From Gracilinanus agilis (Eukaryota), in assembly GCF_016433145.1 (NCBI RefSeq), contig NC_058135.1, positions 43,921,166 through 43,985,165 of the forward strand: a DNA stretch of 64,000 nt. Reading direction: 5' to 3'. The number at the start of each line of letters is the position of its first letter. Positions within the stretch are counted from its first letter, which is position 1. Positions 59,669-64,000 of this stretch are shown here, piece after piece. The notes under the pieces were generated by a model. The model was given only the letters and a program-made list of their open reading frames with translations, was not told where the DNA came from and did no database searches. The position numbers and the translations under genes were made by a program.

Positions 59669-59874
59669 CAGTTTTGTTGCCAAGGTGTGGGGGTGGTTAG
59701 TCAGTCCCTCCTATTTCCAAAGATTGTCTGGCAGTGAAAAAATTGTTCCTTTTGCATAGAACTAAGTGATACCCACTCACACTACTGTGTCTAGTGATAA
59801 CCTCGAGGGTGTATACATGGCCATTTTTCTAAGATGAGATAGGGGTCCTTCTTATTCCCTAATTTGTGCTTATT

Positions 59875-61010
59875 GCAATTCCTTTTTTTCTTTAAATTTT
59901 ATTGATGTCTTGTTTTTCCTTTACCAATATTTACATATTACTCCCACTTTGTGAGAAATCTTTTGTAACAAAATAAAATAATTAAGTAGAACTAATAAAA
60001 CAATGTCCTCATCAGAAAGTTCTGGCAACATTTTACGCCTGTAGCACTACCCCCACCTCTTTAAAAAAAACCAACAGAGGTCTATTTTCTATCTCCATGT
60101 GGAATGCCATATCCTTTTAGATAGGGGGGAAAAAAAAGAAAGAAATTTCCTGTAATAAATATGCATAACCAAACAAAACAAATTCTCTCAGTGGCTGTGT
60201 TCAAAAATATATCTCATTCTACTCCCTAAATCAGTGATTCCCAAAGTGGGCACCACCGCCCCCTGGTGGGTGCTGCAGCGATCCAGGGAGGCAGTGATGG
60301 CCACAGATGCATTTATCTTTCCTATTAATTGCTATTAAAATTTTTTAAAAATTAATTTCCAGGGGGCTGAGTAATATTTTTTCTGGAAAGTGGGTGGTAG
60401 GCCAAAGAAGTTTGGGAACCACTGCCCTAAATCCATCACCTCCCAGAAGTGCAGCGTATATTTTACCATTGATCCTCTAGAATCATGACCATTGTACTAA
60501 TCATTGTTCTTAAAGCTTTAAAAGTTGTTTTTACAATGTCATTGTTATTATATAAATTATTTTCCTGGTTCTGCTCACTTCACTCTGCATCAGTTCATCT
60601 AAGTCTTTCCACATCTTTTAAAAATCATCCGTTTCTTCACTGCTTAATTCCACTCTATCTCATTCACATCCTCTTAGTTTCTATTGTTTTATCATCAGAA
60701 AAGGAGCTGCTATAAATATTTTTGCACACAAAGGACCTTTTCCTTTCTTTTCCTTTTGAGTATATAGACTAAGTGGTATAGATGGGTCAAAGGACATAAA
60801 CAATTTAATAACGTTTTATGTATAATTCCAAATTGCTATCCAGAATGGTTGTACACATCCCCATGTCCACCAGTAGCTTATCAGTGTTCCTGTTTTCCCA
60901 CAGCTCCTTCAGCACTTACCATGTTCCTTTTTTTTCCTTCTTTGCCACTCTGATAGGTATGAGGTGGAATCTTAGAATGACTTTAATTTGCATTTCCCTA
61001 GTTTGTAATG
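59875..61010 (-). mobile_element. L1 fragment, interrupted by a hAT MITE
   Basis: Minus-strand REMQIKVILRFHLIPIRVAK (end of ORF 60916-61125) resembles the L1 ORF2 C-terminal motif. Confidence 0.8.
60232..60424 (+). mobile_element. Non-autonomous hAT element, family 1 (193 bp)
   Basis: TIRs CAGTGATTCCCAAA...TTTGGGAACCACTG; perfect TSD CCCTAAAT. Confidence 0.95.
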
Positions 61011-61648
61011 ACTTGTTCCACTTTCCTGGGATGCTTGTCTCCCGGTGCTGTGTCAGGCAGTGCTCAGTACATTGCAGAGACTGGCTTGGTCTCTGAGTGG
61101 CTTTACTTTTTGATATTATATTCATTACCTTTCAAATCCCAGTTGTGGGTCTTTGGGCATCATAATTGGTTGAAACAATAAAAAGAGAATATATCCTGCT
61201 TGTGATTAGTCTTGCAAGTTATCATAGGAGGGAGGTCAAGGAGGAAGACACCCTTATAATGTTGCAGGTGTTGTACATAAGTATGGCTCTGAGACTAGAG
61301 AGAAAGGGATGATTTTTGGTGTGTATATTCTATTTGATACAAACATTTCTAGCTTTCTCTGGGGTTTCCTGTCTATACAGGGCTAAACTCTTGCTGTTAT
61401 ATAGGATCAAAATTCATGACTGATTTAACAATGATTCATTTGATTTATTATTCATCCTTCTTGCCCTGTAATACAGAGAACTCTATAAGAGTGTAAGTTC
61501 TCTGAGAGCAAAACTTCTGTCTTTGTATCCATCATAGCACCCAGGATAGTGCCATCTACATACAACAAATACTTGCTAATAAAATTGTAGGGGGAAAAAA
61601 GAGAGAAAATTTTTTTACTATACATATTTGTTATAAGGGTTCTGTTTC

Positions 61649-61711
61649 CCACCACCACCACCACCACCACCACCACCACCACCACCACCACCACCACCAC
61701 CACCACCACCA
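61649..61711. repeat. (CCA)21 trinucleotide repeat
   Basis: Uninterrupted run. Confidence 0.95.
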
Positions 61712-62099
61712 CGGGAGAGGTAGAAAGTGGAAGGGACAGAAAATGAGTCCTTATTAATATTGTTTTAAGGATAAAAATTTAAAAACATTACTATATACCA
61801 ATTACCTTCTCTAACCCAAAGAAAGAAGAATTAGGAAACAAAGCTTGAGCTTGGTCTTTCCAATACTCTAAAAGGCAATGTAGCCCATTTCCAAACCTGT
61901 GAGGCTCCTTTGTAGATTCTTTCTCCTTTTCCCTGCCCTAAAGATATTGCAGGACATACCACAGACCATGCAACAAGATATATAGGGCCCAAGGATCTCC
62001 CAGAAATAATTTGCAGGTAGTTTCTCATAGTTGTCCATGTCTTCATTTTCTTTTTCACTGAGTTCCTTTTTCATTTCCATGCTTTACTTTTACAAATTC

Positions 62100-62840
62100 G
62101 AAGATTTTGATATTATGGATTCAACTAAATGAATTTGTCATTGATGATACAGAGTCCTGAGATATTTTCTTTTCATCAGAAATGAATGTTTTCTCAGCTT
62201 TCTAATGAGGCTGACAAAGGAAAAAGATCTAATGTGGAAGAATTCATTCAATAATGTGCCTTTTTTAGGCTTAGTCAAGGCATTTTTATGGCTTGTATTC
62301 ACAAGGGAAAAAGACTAGCAACAGGTTTCACAGTCATGTTATCCACTCCTTCCCCCCAAGTTTAAAGCCGGCCAGTTAAAGTCTTCCCACTGGATTGAGA
62401 AGACAAAGAATAAATTTGGGGTGCTATGGAGTTGAACAGTGAAAGAATAGGTAATAACATTATGCTGGAAAAGGGAATACAAAGTTGATGAAGTGGATAA
62501 AGGTATTATGGTTAGCCAGACTGAGAGGACCAAATTGTGATTAGAATATTCTGTGACCAACTATTGCAAGCTGAGCAAATGCTTCCCATTGACTTGCCTA
62601 GGGGCAGCATTCTTTCCCATTGGAGCACTTTTCCCTATAGCTTCTTCATAGTAGCAGTGCAGTCTGCCCATAGGCATTTGCAGTAACATCAGTCTCTCTA
62701 GAAACACAACTAAGATAGGCTTAGGATTGTGCTTCCACCCTTAGGTATTAGAATAGAACTACAACAGAACCTCATGAATTTGAACTCTACCAGTTTAGAA
62801 GTTGTGATCTTTTGCTTTGGATTGGAGTGGAGCTTATCTT
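62100..62840 (-). mobile_element. CR1/L3 LINE fragment (RT region)
   Basis: Antisense CR1 RT-like motifs (ctcagctttctaatgaggctgac; ttatggttagccag; gcatttgcagtaacatcag). Confidence 0.55.
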
Positions 62841-63883
62841 CTATTTGAGAAGAAAAGATTTATTCATTAAATAGTATAAATAAAATGGAGACATAGCTAA
62901 ATTACCAAAGAACAAACTGTTTTTAAAACATTGGCACAGATGAGGGAAACAGCAGGGTGCAGTAAATTCAGAGCCCATCCTTACCAGTTGCTGGCTGTTG
63001 ACCAAATCACTTAACATCCTTCAGCTTCCCTTTTCTTATCTGTAAAAGTAGAGGTTTGAGGCAGATGACTGACCTCTTTGGCCCCCCTCTACCTCTAAAT
63101 CTATGATCTTTTTATGCACCCTAAGTCTTGTCATTAAAAAAGCATCTTAGAAAGCAATTGGTGGTTATTTTAACTAATTAGAAGTATTTGAAAGTAATAC
63201 TTCATATCTTCTAATTTATTCTATAATTTAAGCTTTTTACTTAGTTACATTTATTTTCAATTGATAAAGTTAGCAATAAGAGAAGCAAATATGACTCCTC
63301 TCATGCTTTGCCATGAGTATCGTATATTTGTAGCTCAGGAGAGAAGTGAAAAAGTTGGATATGTTTTAGTTCAAGTACAGAAATGTATTTCACATACATG
63401 TTGTATACTTTATACAGCCCCAGCCAAGCAAGGAATCACTAAATAGGCAGCTGTTTGCCCAGAGTCACTTGGGAAAAAGCTAGGTAGGCTTACTAATTTA
63501 ATTTAGTAAATGATGAGCTTTTGGTTCTAGTTCTCTTTCCTTGTTTGATGAAATAGAAAACCAAAGTTTGGATCAGCAGCCATATTTGTTTATTTGGCTT
63601 GATATTTTGGATGTGTTTGTTGCTTAAAATGGGTGCTTGACATAAGTGGTCTTGAAGAGTTGGGTAATTTAAGTTGTCATATTTGATAAACTTATTTATA
63701 ACTAAAACACCTTTTTCCTTTCTCCTAAGAATCATTTTTTAAAATGGATAAATGTAATGATTCATATTAGATCTTGTCAAGGAACTATGAGACTAAATAA
63801 TAAATTAACTGATTATAACATAACTTATTTATAGTTAATGCAAATCTTTTTTATATTTCTGTGGATTATTTTTTTAATTTTAG

Positions 63884-64000
63884 GATGTAATTAAAACCAT
63901 TGTGGAGAATGGTGGTGTAAAGCATCTAGTAACCATGGCAACTAGTGAACATGTAATAATGCAGAATGAAGCCCTTGTTGCATTGGCACTAATAGCTGCT
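63884..64000 (+). CDS. RAP1GDS1: RAP1GDS1 exon 13 (truncated by window end)
   Basis: tttttaattttag|GATGTA. Translates DVIKTIVENGGVKHLVTMATSEHVIMQNEALVALALIAA. Confidence 0.96.

Larger units (their letters stand above)
13442..64000 (+). other. RAP1GDS1: RAP1GDS1 (SmgGDS) gene body, partial: coding exons 5-13; gene continues beyond both window ends
   Basis: Nine GT-AG-bounded segments in collinear order translate to recognisable SmgGDS armadillo-repeat peptides. Splice phases are mutually compatible (phase 1 through the exon 12 acceptor, phase 0 at exon 12/13). Confidence 0.97.

Noticed and set aside
61452-61712. Poly-valine ORF
   Set aside because: Artefact of the (CCA)21 repeat.
1-64000. 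CRISPR arrays, rRNA/tRNA genes, prokaryotic operons
   Set aside because: No regularly spaced repeat-spacer pattern. tRNA-like boxes occur only as SINE heads. The sequence is a eukaryotic intron-exon locus.

Overview
AT-rich, CpG-poor vertebrate genomic DNA. Its SINE and LINE complement points to a marsupial, probably a didelphid opossum such as Monodelphis (inference from repeat types). The window lies inside one gene on the + strand, RAP1GDS1 (SmgGDS, an armadillo-repeat GEF/chaperone for small GTPases). Nine coding exons are present, numbered 5-13 by analogy to human from memory. Exon 5 runs into a 135-N assembly gap and exon 13 runs off the window end. The introns are dominated by L1, L2, CR1/L3, MIR and marsupial SINE fragments. 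Main observations: (1) five copies of one hAT (Buster/Charlie-type) transposon family with 8-bp TA-centred TSDs, one keeping a transposase C-terminus, plus two other hAT MITE families; (2) a decayed LTR retroelement with both LTRs and a Gypsy-gag-like remnant at 33128-36347; (3) a sharp GC/CpG island over exons 8-10 containing a 123-nt, stop-free, in-frame, G-run-rich intron; (4) an 80-nt hairpin with a 29-bp stem in intron 12; (5) a promoter-like CpG patch with back-to-back ZNF143/THAP11-type motifs at about 830-1030. All coordinates and counts were read by hand. No database searches were run, so repeat family names are from memory.
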